Sequence record: MZ375255.1
Source of the DNA: Escherichia phage T7
Reading direction: 5' to 3' (one strand)
DNA: 37,752 nucleotides
Positions within the stretch are counted from its first letter, which is position 1. Each line of letters starts with the position of its first letter. Shown here piece by piece: positions 19,974-31,600 of the stretch. The notes beneath the pieces are model-generated. The model saw nothing but the letters and a program-made list of their open reading frames with translations. It was not told the DNA's origin and did no database searches. The translations under genes and the position numbers were made by a program.

Positions 19974-20897
19974 ATGGCTGAATCTAATGCAGACGTATAT
20001 GCATCTTTTGGCGTGAACTCCGCTGTGATGTCTGGTGGTTCCGTTGAGGAACATGAGCAGAACATGCTGGCTCTTGATGTTGCTGCCCGTGATGGCGATG
20101 ATGCAATCGAGTTAGCGTCAGACGAAGTGGAAACAGAACGTGACCTGTATGACAACTCTGACCCGTTCGGTCAAGAGGATGACGAAGGCCGCATTCAGGT
20201 TCGTATCGGTGATGGCTCTGAGCCGACCGATGTGGACACTGGAGAAGAAGGCGTTGAGGGCACCGAAGGTTCCGAAGAGTTTACCCCACTGGGCGAGACT
20301 CCAGAAGAACTGGTAGCTGCCTCTGAGCAACTTGGTGAGCACGAAGAGGGCTTCCAAGAGATGATTAACATTGCTGCTGAGCGTGGCATGAGTGTCGAGA
20401 CCATTGAGGCTATCCAGCGTGAGTACGAGGAGAACGAAGAGTTGTCCGCCGAGTCCTACGCTAAGCTGGCTGAAATTGGCTACACGAAGGCTTTCATTGA
20501 CTCGTATATCCGTGGTCAAGAAGCTCTGGTGGAGCAGTACGTAAACAGTGTCATTGAGTACGCTGGTGGTCGTGAACGTTTTGATGCACTGTATAACCAC
20601 CTTGAGACGCACAACCCTGAGGCTGCACAGTCGCTGGATAATGCGTTGACCAATCGTGACTTAGCGACCGTTAAGGCTATCATCAACTTGGCTGGTGAGT
20701 CTCGCGCTAAGGCGTTCGGTCGTAAGCCAACTCGTAGTGTGACTAATCGTGCTATTCCGGCTAAACCTCAGGCTACCAAGCGTGAAGGCTTTGCGGACCG
20801 TAGCGAGATGATTAAAGCTATGAGTGACCCTCGGTATCGCACAGATGCCAACTATCGTCGTCAAGTCGAACAGAAAGTAATCGATTCGAACTTCTGA
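19974..20897 (+). CDS. 9: Capsid assembly (scaffolding) protein gp9 (307 aa)
   Basis: Acidic 307-aa ORF MAESNADVYASFGVNSAVMSGG... Confidence 0.95.
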   Translation: MAESNADVYASFGVNSAVMSGGSVEEHEQNMLALDVAARDGDDAIELASDEVETERDLYDNSDPFGQEDDEGRIQVRIGDGSEPTDVDTGEEGVEGTEGSEEFTPLGETPEELVAASEQLGEHEEGFQEMINIAAERGMSVETIEAIQREYEENEELSAESYAKLAEIGYTKAFIDSYIRGQEALVEQYVNSVIEYAGGRERFDALYNHLETHNPEAAQSLDNALTNRDLATVKAIINLAGESRAKAFGRKPTRSVTNRAIPAKPQATKREGFADRSEMIKAMSDPRYRTDANYRRQVEQKVIDSNF

Positions 20898-20910
20898 TAG
20901 ACTTCGAAAT

Positions 20911-20933
20911 TAATACGACTCACTATATGGAGA
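20911..20933 (+). promoter_or_regulatory. T7 class III promoter phi10 carrying T instead of G at +1
   Basis: TAATACGACTCACTATATGGAGA followed by canonical gene 10 leader ccacaacggtttccctctagaaataattttgtttaactttaagaaggagatatacat. Confidence 0.9.
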
Positions 20934-20990
20934 CCACAACGGTTTCCCTCTAGAAATAATTTTGTTTAACTTTAAGAAGGAGATATACAT

Positions 20991-22028
20991 ATGGCTAGCA
21001 TGACTGGTGGACAGCAAATGGGTACTAACCAAGGTAAAGGTGTAGTTGCTGCTGGAGATAAACTGGCGTTGTTCTTGAAGGTATTTGGCGGTGAAGTCCT
21101 GACTGCGTTCGCTCGTACCTCCGTGACCACTTCTCGCCACATGGTACGTTCCATCTCCAGCGGTAAATCCGCTCAGTTCCCTGTTCTGGGTCGCACTCAG
21201 GCAGCGTATCTGGCTCCGGGCGAGAACCTCGACGATAAACGTAAGGACATCAAACACACCGAGAAGGTAATCACCATTGACGGTCTCCTGACGGCTGACG
21301 TTCTGATTTATGATATTGAGGACGCGATGAACCACTACGACGTTCGCTCTGAGTATACCTCTCAGTTGGGTGAATCTCTGGCGATGGCTGCGGATGGTGC
21401 GGTTCTGGCTGAGATTGCCGGTCTGTGTAACGTGGAAAGCAAATATAATGAGAACATCGAGGGCTTAGGTACTGCTACCGTAATTGAGACCACTCAGAAC
21501 AAGGCCGCACTTACCGACCAAGTTGCGCTGGGTAAGGAGATTATTGCGGCTCTGACTAAGGCTCGTGCGGCTCTGACCAAGAACTATGTTCCGGCTGCTG
21601 ACCGTGTGTTCTACTGTGACCCAGATAGCTACTCTGCGATTCTGGCAGCACTGATGCCGAACGCAGCAAACTACGCTGCTCTGATTGACCCTGAGAAGGG
21701 TTCTATCCGCAACGTTATGGGCTTTGAGGTTGTAGAAGTTCCGCACCTCACCGCTGGTGGTGCTGGTACCGCTCGTGAGGGCACTACTGGTCAGAAGCAC
21801 GTCTTCCCTGCCAATAAAGGTGAGGGTAATGTCAAGGTTGCTAAGGACAACGTTATCGGCCTGTTCATGCACCGCTCTGCGGTAGGTACTGTTAAGCTGC
21901 GTGACTTGGCTCTGGAGCGCGCTCGCCGTGCTAACTTCCAAGCGGACCAGATTATCGCTAAGTACGCAATGGGCCACGGTGGTCTTCGCCCAGAAGCTGC
22001 TGGTGCAGTGGTTTTCAAAGTGGAGTAA
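20991..22028 (+). CDS. 10A: Major capsid protein gp10A (345 aa incl. stop count per ORF track)
   Basis: MASMTGGQQMG N-terminus (T7-tag); strong RBS aaggag. Confidence 0.99.
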   Translation: MASMTGGQQMGTNQGKGVVAAGDKLALFLKVFGGEVLTAFARTSVTTSRHMVRSISSGKSAQFPVLGRTQAAYLAPGENLDDKRKDIKHTEKVITIDGLLTADVLIYDIEDAMNHYDVRSEYTSQLGESLAMAADGAVLAEIAGLCNVESKYNENIEGLGTATVIETTQNKAALTDQVALGKEIIAALTKARAALTKNYVPAADRVFYCDPDSYSAILAALMPNAANYAALIDPEKGSIRNVMGFEVVEVPHLTAGGAGTAREGTTGQKHVFPANKGEGNVKVAKDNVIGLFMHRSAVGTVKLRDLALERARRANFQADQIIAKYAMGHGGLRPEAAGAVVFKVE

Positions 22029-22186
22029 TGCTGGGGGTGGCCTCAACGGTCGCTGCTAGTCCCGAAGAGGCGAGTGTTACTTCAACAGAAGAAACCTTAA
22101 CGCCAGCACAGGAGGCCGCACGCACCCGCGCTGCTAACAAAGCCCGAAAGGAAGCTGAGTTGGCTGCTGCCACCGCTGAGCAATAA
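22005..22186 (+). other. 10B: Gene 10 programmed -1 frameshift region and 10B C-terminal extension (ends TAA 22184-22186)
   Basis: Slippery gtggttttcaaag near 10A end; open -1 frame continues to caataa before Tphi. Confidence 0.7.
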
Positions 22187-22235
22187 CTAGCATAACCCCT
22201 TGGGGCCTCTAAACGGGTCTTGAGGGGTTTTTTGC
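22187..22235 (+). terminator. T7 late terminator Tphi
   Basis: ctagcataaccccttggggcctctaaacgggtcttgaggggttttttg hairpin plus U-tract. Confidence 0.97.
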
Positions 22236-22251
22236 TGAAAGGAGGAACTAT

Positions 22252-22842
22252 ATGCGCTCATACGATATGAACGTTGAGACTGCCGCTGAGTTATCAGCTG
22301 TGAACGACATTCTGGCGTCTATCGGTGAACCTCCGGTATCAACGCTGGAAGGTGACGCTAACGCAGATGCAGCGAACGCTCGGCGTATTCTCAACAAGAT
22401 TAACCGACAGATTCAATCTCGTGGATGGACGTTCAACATTGAGGAAGGCATAACGCTACTACCTGATGTTTACTCCAACCTGATTGTATACAGTGACGAC
22501 TATTTATCCCTAATGTCTACTTCCGGTCAATCCATCTACGTTAACCGAGGTGGCTATGTGTATGACCGAACGAGTCAATCAGACCGCTTTGACTCTGGTA
22601 TTACTGTGAACATTATTCGTCTCCGCGACTACGATGAGATGCCTGAGTGCTTCCGTTACTGGATTGTCACCAAGGCTTCCCGTCAGTTCAACAACCGATT
22701 CTTTGGGGAACCGGAAGTAGAGGGTGTACTCCAAGAAGAGGAAGATGAGGCTAGACGTCTCTGCATGGAGTATGAGATGGACTACGGTGGGTACAATATG
22801 CTGGATGGAGATGCGTTCACTTCTGGTCTACTGACTCGCTAA
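22252..22842 (+). CDS. 11: Tail tubular protein A gp11 (196 aa)
   Basis: 196-aa ORF after Tphi with RBS aaaggagg. Confidence 0.95.
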   Translation: MRSYDMNVETAAELSAVNDILASIGEPPVSTLEGDANADAANARRILNKINRQIQSRGWTFNIEEGITLLPDVYSNLIVYSDDYLSLMSTSGQSIYVNRGGYVYDRTSQSDRFDSGITVNIIRLRDYDEMPECFRYWIVTKASRQFNNRFFGEPEVEGVLQEEEDEARRLCMEYEMDYGGYNMLDGDAFTSGLLTR

Positions 22843-22865
22843 CATTAATAAATAAGGAGGCTCTA

Positions 22866-25250
22866 ATGGCACTCATTAGCCAATCAATCAAGAACTTGAA
22901 GGGTGGTATCAGCCAACAGCCTGACATCCTTCGTTATCCAGACCAAGGGTCACGCCAAGTTAACGGTTGGTCTTCGGAGACCGAGGGCCTCCAAAAGCGT
23001 CCACCTCTTGTTTTCTTAAATACACTTGGAGACAACGGTGCGTTAGGTCAAGCTCCGTACATCCACCTGATTAACCGAGATGAGCACGAACAGTATTACG
23101 CTGTGTTCACTGGTAGCGGAATCCGAGTGTTCGACCTTTCTGGTAACGAGAAGCAAGTTAGGTATCCTAACGGTTCCAACTACATCAAGACCGCTAATCC
23201 ACGTAACGACCTGCGAATGGTTACTGTAGCAGACTATACGTTCATCGTTAACCGTAACGTTGTTGCACAGAAGAACACAAAGTCTGTCAACTTACCGAAT
23301 TACAACCCTAATCAAGACGGATTGATTAACGTTCGTGGTGGTCAGTATGGTAGGGAACTAATTGTACACATTAACGGTAAAGACGTTGCGAAGTATAAGA
23401 TACCAGATGGTAGTCAACCTGAACACGTAAACAATACGGATGCCCAATGGTTAGCTGAAGAGTTAGCCAAGCAGATGCGCACTAACTTGTCTGATTGGAC
23501 TGTAAATGTAGGGCAAGGGTTCATCCATGTGACCGCACCTAGTGGTCAACAGATTGACTCCTTCACGACTAAAGATGGCTACGCAGACCAGTTGATTAAC
23601 CCTGTGACCCACTACGCTCAGTCGTTCTCTAAGCTGCCACCTAATGCTCCTAACGGCTACATGGTGAAAATCGTAGGGGACGCCTCTAAGTCTGCCGACC
23701 AGTATTACGTTCGGTATGACGCTGAGCGGAAAGTTTGGACTGAGACTTTAGGTTGGAACACTGAGGACCAAGTTCTATGGGAAACCATGCCACACGCTCT
23801 TGTGCGAGCCGCTGACGGTAATTTCGACTTCAAGTGGCTTGAGTGGTCTCCTAAGTCTTGTGGTGACGTTGACACCAACCCTTGGCCTTCTTTTGTTGGT
23901 TCAAGTATTAACGATGTGTTCTTCTTCCGTAACCGCTTAGGATTCCTTAGTGGGGAGAACATCATATTGAGTCGTACAGCCAAATACTTCAACTTCTACC
24001 CTGCGTCCATTGCGAACCTTAGTGATGACGACCCTATAGACGCAGCTGTGAGTACCAACCGAATAGCAATCCTTAAGTACGCCGTTCCGTTCTCAGAAGA
24101 GTTACTCATCTGGTCCGATGAAGCACAATTCGTCCTGACTGCCTCGGGTACTCTCACATCTAAGTCGGTTGAGTTGAACCTAACGACCCAGTTTGACGTA
24201 CAGGACCGAGCGAGACCTTTTGGGATTGGGCGTAATGTCTACTTTGCTAGTCCGAGGTCCAGCTTCACGTCCATCCACAGGTACTACGCTGTGCAGGATG
24301 TCAGTTCCGTTAAGAATGCTGAGGACATTACATCACACGTTCCTAACTACATCCCTAATGGTGTGTTCAGTATTTGCGGAAGTGGTACGGAAAACTTCTG
24401 TTCGGTACTATCTCACGGGGACCCTAGTAAAATCTTCATGTACAAATTCCTGTACCTGAACGAAGAGTTAAGGCAACAGTCGTGGTCTCATTGGGACTTT
24501 GGGGAAAACGTACAGGTTCTAGCTTGTCAGAGTATCAGCTCAGATATGTATGTGATTCTTCGCAATGAGTTCAATACGTTCCTAGCTAGAATCTCTTTCA
24601 CTAAGAACGCCATTGACTTACAGGGAGAACCCTATCGTGCCTTTATGGACATGAAGATTCGATACACGATTCCTAGTGGAACATACAACGATGACACATT
24701 CACTACCTCTATTCATATTCCAACAATTTATGGTGCAAACTTCGGGAGGGGCAAAATCACTGTATTGGAGCCTGATGGTAAGATAACCGTGTTTGAGCAA
24801 CCTACGGCTGGGTGGAATAGCGACCCTTGGCTGAGACTCAGCGGTAACTTGGAGGGACGCATGGTGTACATTGGGTTCAACATTAACTTCGTATATGAGT
24901 TCTCTAAGTTCCTCATCAAGCAGACTGCCGACGACGGGTCTACCTCCACGGAAGACATTGGGCGCTTACAGTTACGCCGAGCGTGGGTTAACTACGAGAA
25001 CTCTGGTACGTTTGACATTTATGTTGAGAACCAATCGTCTAACTGGAAGTACACAATGGCTGGTGCCCGATTAGGCTCTAACACTCTGAGGGCTGGGAGA
25101 CTGAACTTAGGGACCGGACAATATCGATTCCCTGTGGTTGGTAACGCCAAGTTCAACACTGTATACATCTTGTCAGATGAGACTACCCCTCTGAACATCA
25201 TTGGGTGTGGCTGGGAAGGTAACTACTTACGGAGAAGTTCCGGTATTTAA
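22866..25250 (+). CDS. 12: Tail tubular protein B gp12 (794 aa)
   Basis: 794-aa ORF, RBS aaggagg. Confidence 0.95.
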   Translation: MALISQSIKNLKGGISQQPDILRYPDQGSRQVNGWSSETEGLQKRPPLVFLNTLGDNGALGQAPYIHLINRDEHEQYYAVFTGSGIRVFDLSGNEKQVRYPNGSNYIKTANPRNDLRMVTVADYTFIVNRNVVAQKNTKSVNLPNYNPNQDGLINVRGGQYGRELIVHINGKDVAKYKIPDGSQPEHVNNTDAQWLAEELAKQMRTNLSDWTVNVGQGFIHVTAPSGQQIDSFTTKDGYADQLINPVTHYAQSFSKLPPNAPNGYMVKIVGDASKSADQYYVRYDAERKVWTETLGWNTEDQVLWETMPHALVRAADGNFDFKWLEWSPKSCGDVDTNPWPSFVGSSINDVFFFRNRLGFLSGENIILSRTAKYFNFYPASIANLSDDDPIDAAVSTNRIAILKYAVPFSEELLIWSDEAQFVLTASGTLTSKSVELNLTTQFDVQDRARPFGIGRNVYFASPRSSFTSIHRYYAVQDVSSVKNAEDITSHVPNYIPNGVFSICGSGTENFCSVLSHGDPSKIFMYKFLYLNEELRQQSWSHWDFGENVQVLACQSISSDMYVILRNEFNTFLARISFTKNAIDLQGEPYRAFMDMKIRYTIPSGTYNDDTFTTSIHIPTIYGANFGRGKITVLEPDGKITVFEQPTAGWNSDPWLRLSGNLEGRMVYIGFNINFVYEFSKFLIKQTADDGSTSTEDIGRLQLRRAWVNYENSGTFDIYVENQSSNWKYTMAGARLGSNTLRAGRLNLGTGQYRFPVVGNAKFNTVYILSDETTPLNIIGCGWEGNYLRRSSGI

Positions 25251-25280
25251 TTAAATATTCTCCCTGTGGTGGCTCGAAAT

Positions 25281-25303
25281 TAATACGACTCACTATAGGG
25301 AGA
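25281..25303 (+). promoter_or_regulatory. T7 class III promoter phi13
   Basis: TAATACGACTCACTATAGGGAGA. Confidence 0.95.
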
Positions 25304-25330
25304 ACAATACGACTACGGGAGGGTTTTCTT

Positions 25331-25747
25331 ATGATGACTATAAGACCTACTAAAAGTACAGACTTTGAGGTATTCACTCCGGCTCACCATGACATTCTTG
25401 AAGCTAAGGCTGCTGGTATTGAGCCGAGTTTCCCTGATGCTTCCGAGTGTGTCACGTTGAGCCTCTATGGGTTCCCTCTAGCTATCGGTGGTAACTGCGG
25501 GGACCAGTGCTGGTTCGTTACGAGCGACCAAGTGTGGCGACTTAGTGGAAAGGCTAAGCGAAAGTTCCGTAAGTTAATCATGGAGTATCGCGATAAGATG
25601 CTTGAGAAGTATGATACTCTTTGGAATTACGTATGGGTAGGCAATACGTCCCACATTCGTTTCCTCAAGACTATCGGTGCGGTATTCCATGAAGAGTACA
25701 CACGAGATGGTCAATTTCAGTTATTTACAATCACGAAAGGAGGATAA
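25331..25747 (+). CDS. 13: Internal virion protein A gp13 (138 aa)
   Basis: 138-aa ORF following phi13. Confidence 0.9.
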   Translation: MMTIRPTKSTDFEVFTPAHHDILEAKAAGIEPSFPDASECVTLSLYGFPLAIGGNCGDQCWFVTSDQVWRLSGKAKRKFRKLIMEYRDKMLEKYDTLWNYVWVGNTSHIRFLKTIGAVFHEEYTRDGQFQLFTITKGG

Positions 25748-25751
25748 CCAT

Positions 25752-26342
25752 ATGTGTTGGGCAGCCGCAATACCTATCGCTATATCTGGCGCTCAGGCTA
25801 TCAGTGGTCAGAACGCTCAGGCCAAAATGATTGCCGCTCAGACCGCTGCTGGTCGTCGTCAAGCTATGGAAATCATGAGGCAGACGAACATCCAGAATGC
25901 TGACCTATCGTTGCAAGCTCGAAGTAAACTTGAGGAAGCGTCCGCCGAGTTGACCTCACAGAACATGCAGAAGGTCCAAGCTATTGGGTCTATCCGAGCG
26001 GCTATCGGAGAGAGTATGCTTGAAGGTTCCTCAATGGACCGCATTAAGCGAGTCACAGAAGGACAGTTCATTCGGGAAGCCAATATGGTAACTGAGAACT
26101 ATCGCCGTGACTACCAAGCAATCTTCGCACAGCAACTTGGTGGTACTCAAAGTGCTGCAAGTCAGATTGACGAAATCTATAAGAGCGAACAGAAACAGAA
26201 GAGTAAGCTACAGATGGTTCTGGACCCACTGGCTATCATGGGGTCTTCCGCTGCGAGTGCTTACGCATCCGGTGCGTTCGACTCTAAGTCCACAACTAAG
26301 GCACCTATTGTTGCCGCTAAAGGAACCAAGACGGGGAGGTAA
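25752..26342 (+). CDS. 14: Internal virion (core) protein B gp14 (196 aa)
   Basis: MCWAAAIPIAISGAQAISGQNAQAKM...; RBS aaggagg. Confidence 0.92.
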   Translation: MCWAAAIPIAISGAQAISGQNAQAKMIAAQTAAGRRQAMEIMRQTNIQNADLSLQARSKLEEASAELTSQNMQKVQAIGSIRAAIGESMLEGSSMDRIKRVTEGQFIREANMVTENYRRDYQAIFAQQLGGTQSAASQIDEIYKSEQKQKSKLQMVLDPLAIMGSSAASAYASGAFDSKSTTKAPIVAAKGTKTGR

Positions 26343-26348
26343 TGAGCT

Positions 26349-28592
26349 ATGAGTAAAATTGAATCTGCCCTTCAAGCGGCACAACCGGGACTCTCTCGGT
26401 TACGTGGTGGTGCTGGAGGTATGGGCTATCGTGCAGCAACCACTCAGGCCGAACAGCCAAGGTCAAGCCTATTGGACACCATTGGTCGGTTCGCTAAGGC
26501 TGGTGCCGATATGTATACCGCTAAGGAACAACGAGCACGAGACCTAGCTGATGAACGCTCTAACGAGATTATCCGTAAGCTGACCCCTGAGCAACGTCGA
26601 GAAGCTCTCAACAACGGGACCCTTCTGTATCAGGATGACCCATACGCTATGGAAGCACTCCGAGTCAAGACTGGTCGTAACGCTGCGTATCTTGTGGACG
26701 ATGACGTTATGCAGAAGATAAAAGAGGGTGTCTTCCGTACTCGCGAAGAGATGGAAGAGTATCGCCATAGTCGCCTTCAAGAGGGCGCTAAGGTATACGC
26801 TGAGCAGTTCGGCATCGACCCTGAGGACGTTGATTATCAGCGTGGTTTCAACGGGGACATTACCGAGCGTAACATCTCGCTGTATGGTGCGCATGATAAC
26901 TTCTTGAGCCAGCAAGCTCAGAAGGGCGCTATCATGAACAGCCGAGTGGAACTCAACGGTGTCCTTCAAGACCCTGATATGCTGCGTCGTCCAGACTCTG
27001 CTGACTTCTTTGAGAAGTATATCGACAACGGTCTGGTTACTGGCGCAATCCCATCTGATGCTCAAGCCACACAGCTTATAAGCCAAGCGTTCAGTGACGC
27101 TTCTAGCCGTGCTGGTGGTGCTGACTTCCTGATGCGAGTCGGTGACAAGAAGGTAACACTTAACGGAGCCACTACGACTTACCGAGAGTTGATTGGTGAG
27201 GAACAGTGGAACGCTCTCATGGTCACAGCACAACGTTCTCAGTTTGAGACTGACGCGAAGCTGAACGAGCAGTATCGCTTGAAGATTAACTCTGCGCTGA
27301 ACCAAGAGGACCCAAGGACAGCTTGGGAGATGCTTCAAGGTATCAAGGCTGAACTAGATAAGGTCCAACCTGATGAGCAGATGACACCACAACGTGAGTG
27401 GCTAATCTCCGCACAGGAACAAGTTCAGAATCAGATGAACGCATGGACGAAAGCTCAGGCCAAGGCTCTGGACGATTCCATGAAGTCAATGAACAAACTT
27501 GACGTAATCGACAAGCAATTCCAGAAGCGAATCAACGGTGAGTGGGTCTCAACGGATTTTAAGGATATGCCAGTCAACGAGAACACTGGTGAGTTCAAGC
27601 ATAGCGATATGGTTAACTACGCCAATAAGAAGCTCGCTGAGATTGACAGTATGGACATTCCAGACGGTGCCAAGGATGCTATGAAGTTGAAGTACCTTCA
27701 AGCGGACTCTAAGGACGGAGCATTCCGTACAGCCATCGGAACCATGGTCACTGACGCTGGTCAAGAGTGGTCTGCCGCTGTGATTAACGGTAAGTTACCA
27801 GAACGAACCCCAGCTATGGATGCTCTGCGCAGAATCCGCAATGCTGACCCTCAGTTGATTGCTGCGCTATACCCAGACCAAGCTGAGCTATTCCTGACGA
27901 TGGACATGATGGACAAGCAGGGTATTGACCCTCAGGTTATTCTTGATGCCGACCGACTGACTGTTAAGCGGTCCAAAGAGCAACGCTTTGAGGATGATAA
28001 AGCATTCGAGTCTGCACTGAATGCATCTAAGGCTCCTGAGATTGCCCGTATGCCAGCGTCACTGCGCGAATCTGCACGTAAGATTTATGACTCCGTTAAG
28101 TATCGCTCGGGGAACGAAAGCATGGCTATGGAGCAGATGACCAAGTTCCTTAAGGAATCTACCTACACGTTCACTGGTGATGATGTTGACGGTGATACCG
28201 TTGGTGTGATTCCTAAGAATATGATGCAGGTTAACTCTGACCCGAAATCATGGGAGCAAGGTCGGGATATTCTGGAGGAAGCACGTAAGGGAATCATTGC
28301 GAGCAACCCTTGGATAACCAATAAGCAACTGACCATGTATTCTCAAGGTGACTCCATTTACCTTATGGACACCACAGGTCAAGTCAGAGTCCGATACGAC
28401 AAAGAGTTACTCTCGAAGGTCTGGAGTGAGAACCAGAAGAAACTCGAAGAGAAAGCTCGTGAGAAGGCTCTGGCTGATGTGAACAAGCGAGCACCTATAG
28501 TTGCCGCTACGAAGGCCCGTGAAGCTGCTGCTAAACGAGTCCGAGAGAAACGTAAACAGACTCCTAAGTTCATCTACGGACGTAAGGAGTAA
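26349..28592 (+). CDS. 15: Internal virion (core) protein C gp15 (747 aa)
   Basis: 747-aa ORF. Confidence 0.95.
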   Translation: MSKIESALQAAQPGLSRLRGGAGGMGYRAATTQAEQPRSSLLDTIGRFAKAGADMYTAKEQRARDLADERSNEIIRKLTPEQRREALNNGTLLYQDDPYAMEALRVKTGRNAAYLVDDDVMQKIKEGVFRTREEMEEYRHSRLQEGAKVYAEQFGIDPEDVDYQRGFNGDITERNISLYGAHDNFLSQQAQKGAIMNSRVELNGVLQDPDMLRRPDSADFFEKYIDNGLVTGAIPSDAQATQLISQAFSDASSRAGGADFLMRVGDKKVTLNGATTTYRELIGEEQWNALMVTAQRSQFETDAKLNEQYRLKINSALNQEDPRTAWEMLQGIKAELDKVQPDEQMTPQREWLISAQEQVQNQMNAWTKAQAKALDDSMKSMNKLDVIDKQFQKRINGEWVSTDFKDMPVNENTGEFKHSDMVNYANKKLAEIDSMDIPDGAKDAMKLKYLQADSKDGAFRTAIGTMVTDAGQEWSAAVINGKLPERTPAMDALRRIRNADPQLIAALYPDQAELFLTMDMMDKQGIDPQVILDADRLTVKRSKEQRFEDDKAFESALNASKAPEIARMPASLRESARKIYDSVKYRSGNESMAMEQMTKFLKESTYTFTGDDVDGDTVGVIPKNMMQVNSDPKSWEQGRDILEEARKGIIASNPWITNKQLTMYSQGDSIYLMDTTGQVRVRYDKELLSKVWSENQKKLEEKAREKALADVNKRAPIVAATKAREAAAKRVREKRKQTPKFIYGRKE

Positions 28593-28618
28593 CTAAAGGC
28601 TACATAAGGAGGCCCTAA

Positions 28619-31600
28619 ATGGATAAGTACGATAAGAACGTACCAAGTGATTATGATGGTCTGTTCCAAAAGGCTGCTGATGCCAACGGGGTCTCTTATG
28701 ACCTTTTACGTAAAGTCGCTTGGACAGAATCACGATTTGTGCCTACAGCAAAATCTAAGACTGGACCATTAGGCATGATGCAATTTACCAAGGCAACCGC
28801 TAAGGCCCTCGGTCTGCGAGTTACCGATGGTCCAGACGACGACCGACTGAACCCTGAGTTAGCTATTAATGCTGCCGCTAAGCAACTTGCAGGTCTGGTA
28901 GGGAAGTTTGATGGCGATGAACTCAAAGCTGCCCTTGCGTACAACCAAGGCGAGGGACGCTTGGGTAATCCACAACTTGAGGCGTACTCTAAGGGAGACT
29001 TCGCATCAATCTCTGAGGAGGGACGTAACTACATGCGTAACCTTCTGGATGTTGCTAAGTCACCTATGGCTGGACAGTTGGAAACTTTTGGTGGCATAAC
29101 CCCAAAGGGTAAAGGCATTCCGGCTGAGGTAGGATTGGCTGGAATTGGTCACAAGCAGAAAGTAACACAGGAACTTCCTGAGTCCACAAGTTTTGACGTT
29201 AAGGGTATCGAACAGGAGGCTACGGCGAAACCATTCGCCAAGGACTTTTGGGAGACCCACGGAGAAACACTTGACGAGTACAACAGTCGTTCAACCTTCT
29301 TCGGATTCAAAAATGCTGCCGAAGCTGAACTCTCCAACTCAGTCGCTGGGATGGCTTTCCGTGCTGGTCGTCTCGATAATGGTTTTGATGTGTTTAAAGA
29401 CACCATTACGCCGACTCGCTGGAACTCTCACATCTGGACTCCAGAGGAGTTAGAGAAGATTCGAACAGAGGTTAAGAACCCTGCGTACATCAACGTTGTA
29501 ACTGGTGGTTCCCCTGAGAACCTCGATGACCTCATTAAATTGGCTAACGAGAACTTTGAGAATGACTCCCGCGCTGCCGAGGCTGGCCTAGGTGCCAAAC
29601 TGAGTGCTGGTATTATTGGTGCTGGTGTGGACCCGCTTAGCTATGTTCCTATGGTCGGTGTCACTGGTAAGGGCTTTAAGTTAATCAATAAGGCTCTTGT
29701 AGTTGGTGCCGAAAGTGCTGCTCTGAACGTTGCATCCGAAGGTCTCCGTACCTCCGTAGCTGGTGGTGACGCAGACTATGCGGGTGCTGCCTTAGGTGGC
29801 TTTGTGTTTGGCGCAGGCATGTCTGCAATCAGTGACGCTGTAGCTGCTGGACTGAAACGCAGTAAACCAGAAGCTGAGTTCGACAATGAGTTCATCGGTC
29901 CTATGATGCGATTGGAAGCCCGTGAGACAGCACGAAACGCCAACTCTGCGGACCTCTCTCGGATGAACACTGAGAACATGAAGTTTGAAGGTGAACATAA
30001 TGGTGTCCCTTATGAGGACTTACCAACAGAGAGAGGTGCCGTGGTGTTACATGATGGCTCCGTTCTAAGTGCAAGCAACCCAATCAACCCTAAGACTCTA
30101 AAAGAGTTCTCCGAGGTTGACCCTGAGAAGGCTGCGCGAGGAATCAAACTGGCTGGGTTCACCGAGATTGGCTTGAAGACCTTGGGGTCTGACGATGCTG
30201 ACATCCGTAGAGTGGCTATCGACCTCGTTCGCTCTCCTACTGGTATGCAGTCTGGTGCCTCAGGTAAGTTCGGTGCAACAGCTTCTGACATCCATGAGAG
30301 ACTTCATGGTACTGACCAGCGTACTTATAATGACTTGTACAAAGCAATGTCTGACGCTATGAAAGACCCTGAGTTCTCTACTGGCGGCGCTAAGATGTCC
30401 CGTGAAGAAACTCGATACACTATCTACCGTAGAGCGGCACTAGCTATTGAGCGTCCAGAACTACAGAAGGCACTCACTCCGTCTGAGAGAATCGTTATGG
30501 ACATCATTAAGCGTCACTTTGACACCAAGCGTGAACTTATGGAAAACCCAGCAATATTCGGTAACACAAAGGCTGTGAGTATCTTCCCTGAGAGTCGCCA
30601 CAAAGGTACTTACGTTCCTCACGTATATGACCGTCATGCCAAGGCGCTGATGATTCAACGCTACGGTGCCGAAGGTTTGCAGGAAGGGATTGCCCGCTCA
30701 TGGATGAACAGCTACGTCTCCAGACCTGAGGTCAAGGCCAGAGTCGATGAGATGCTTAAGGAATTACACGGGGTGAAGGAAGTAACACCAGAGATGGTAG
30801 AGAAGTACGCTATGGATAAGGCTTATGGTATCTCCCACTCAGACCAGTTCACCAACAGTTCCATAATAGAAGAGAACATTGAGGGCTTAGTAGGTATCGA
30901 GAATAACTCATTCCTTGAGGCACGTAACTTGTTTGATTCGGACCTATCCATCACTATGCCAGACGGACAGCAATTCTCAGTGAATGACCTAAGGGACTTC
31001 GATATGTTCCGCATCATGCCAGCGTATGACCGCCGTGTCAATAGTGACATCGCCATCATGGGGTCTACTGGTAAAACCACTAAGGAACTTAAGGATGAGA
31101 TTTTGGCTCTCAAAGCGAAAGCTGAGGGAGACGGTAAGAAGACTGGCGAGGTACATGCTTTAATGGATACCGTTAAGATTCTTACTGGTCGTGCTAGACG
31201 CAATCAGGACACTGTGTGGGAAACCTCACTGCGTGCCATCAATGACCTAGGGTTCTTCGCTAAGAACGCCTACATGGGTGCTCAGAACATTACGGAGATT
31301 GCTGGGATGATTGTCACTGGTAACGTTCGTGCTCTAGGGCATGGTATCCCAATTCTGCGTGATACACTCTACAAGTCTAAACCAGTTTCAGCTAAGGAAC
31401 TCAAGGAACTCCATGCGTCTCTGTTCGGGAAGGAGGTGGACCAGTTGATTCGGCCTAAACGTGCTGACATTGTGCAGCGCCTAAGGGAAGCAACTGATAC
31501 CGGACCTGCCGTGGCGAACATCGTAGGGACCTTGAAGTATTCAACACAGGAACTGGCTGCTCGCTCTCCGTGGACTAAGCTACTGAACGGAACCACTAAC

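Noticed and set aside
22005-22028. Apparent overlapping/alternate frame at end of gene 10 as an anomaly
   Set aside because: This is the known programmed -1 frameshift producing minor capsid protein 10B; native feature.
26544-27338. Long reverse-strand ORFs (e.g. 264 aa at 26544..27338, 179 aa at 15561..16100, 177 aa at 13561..14094, 141 aa at 746..1171)
   Set aside because: All lie antisense inside well-supported + strand T7 genes, lack RBS/promoter context, and T7 transcribes only one strand; treated as shadow ORFs.
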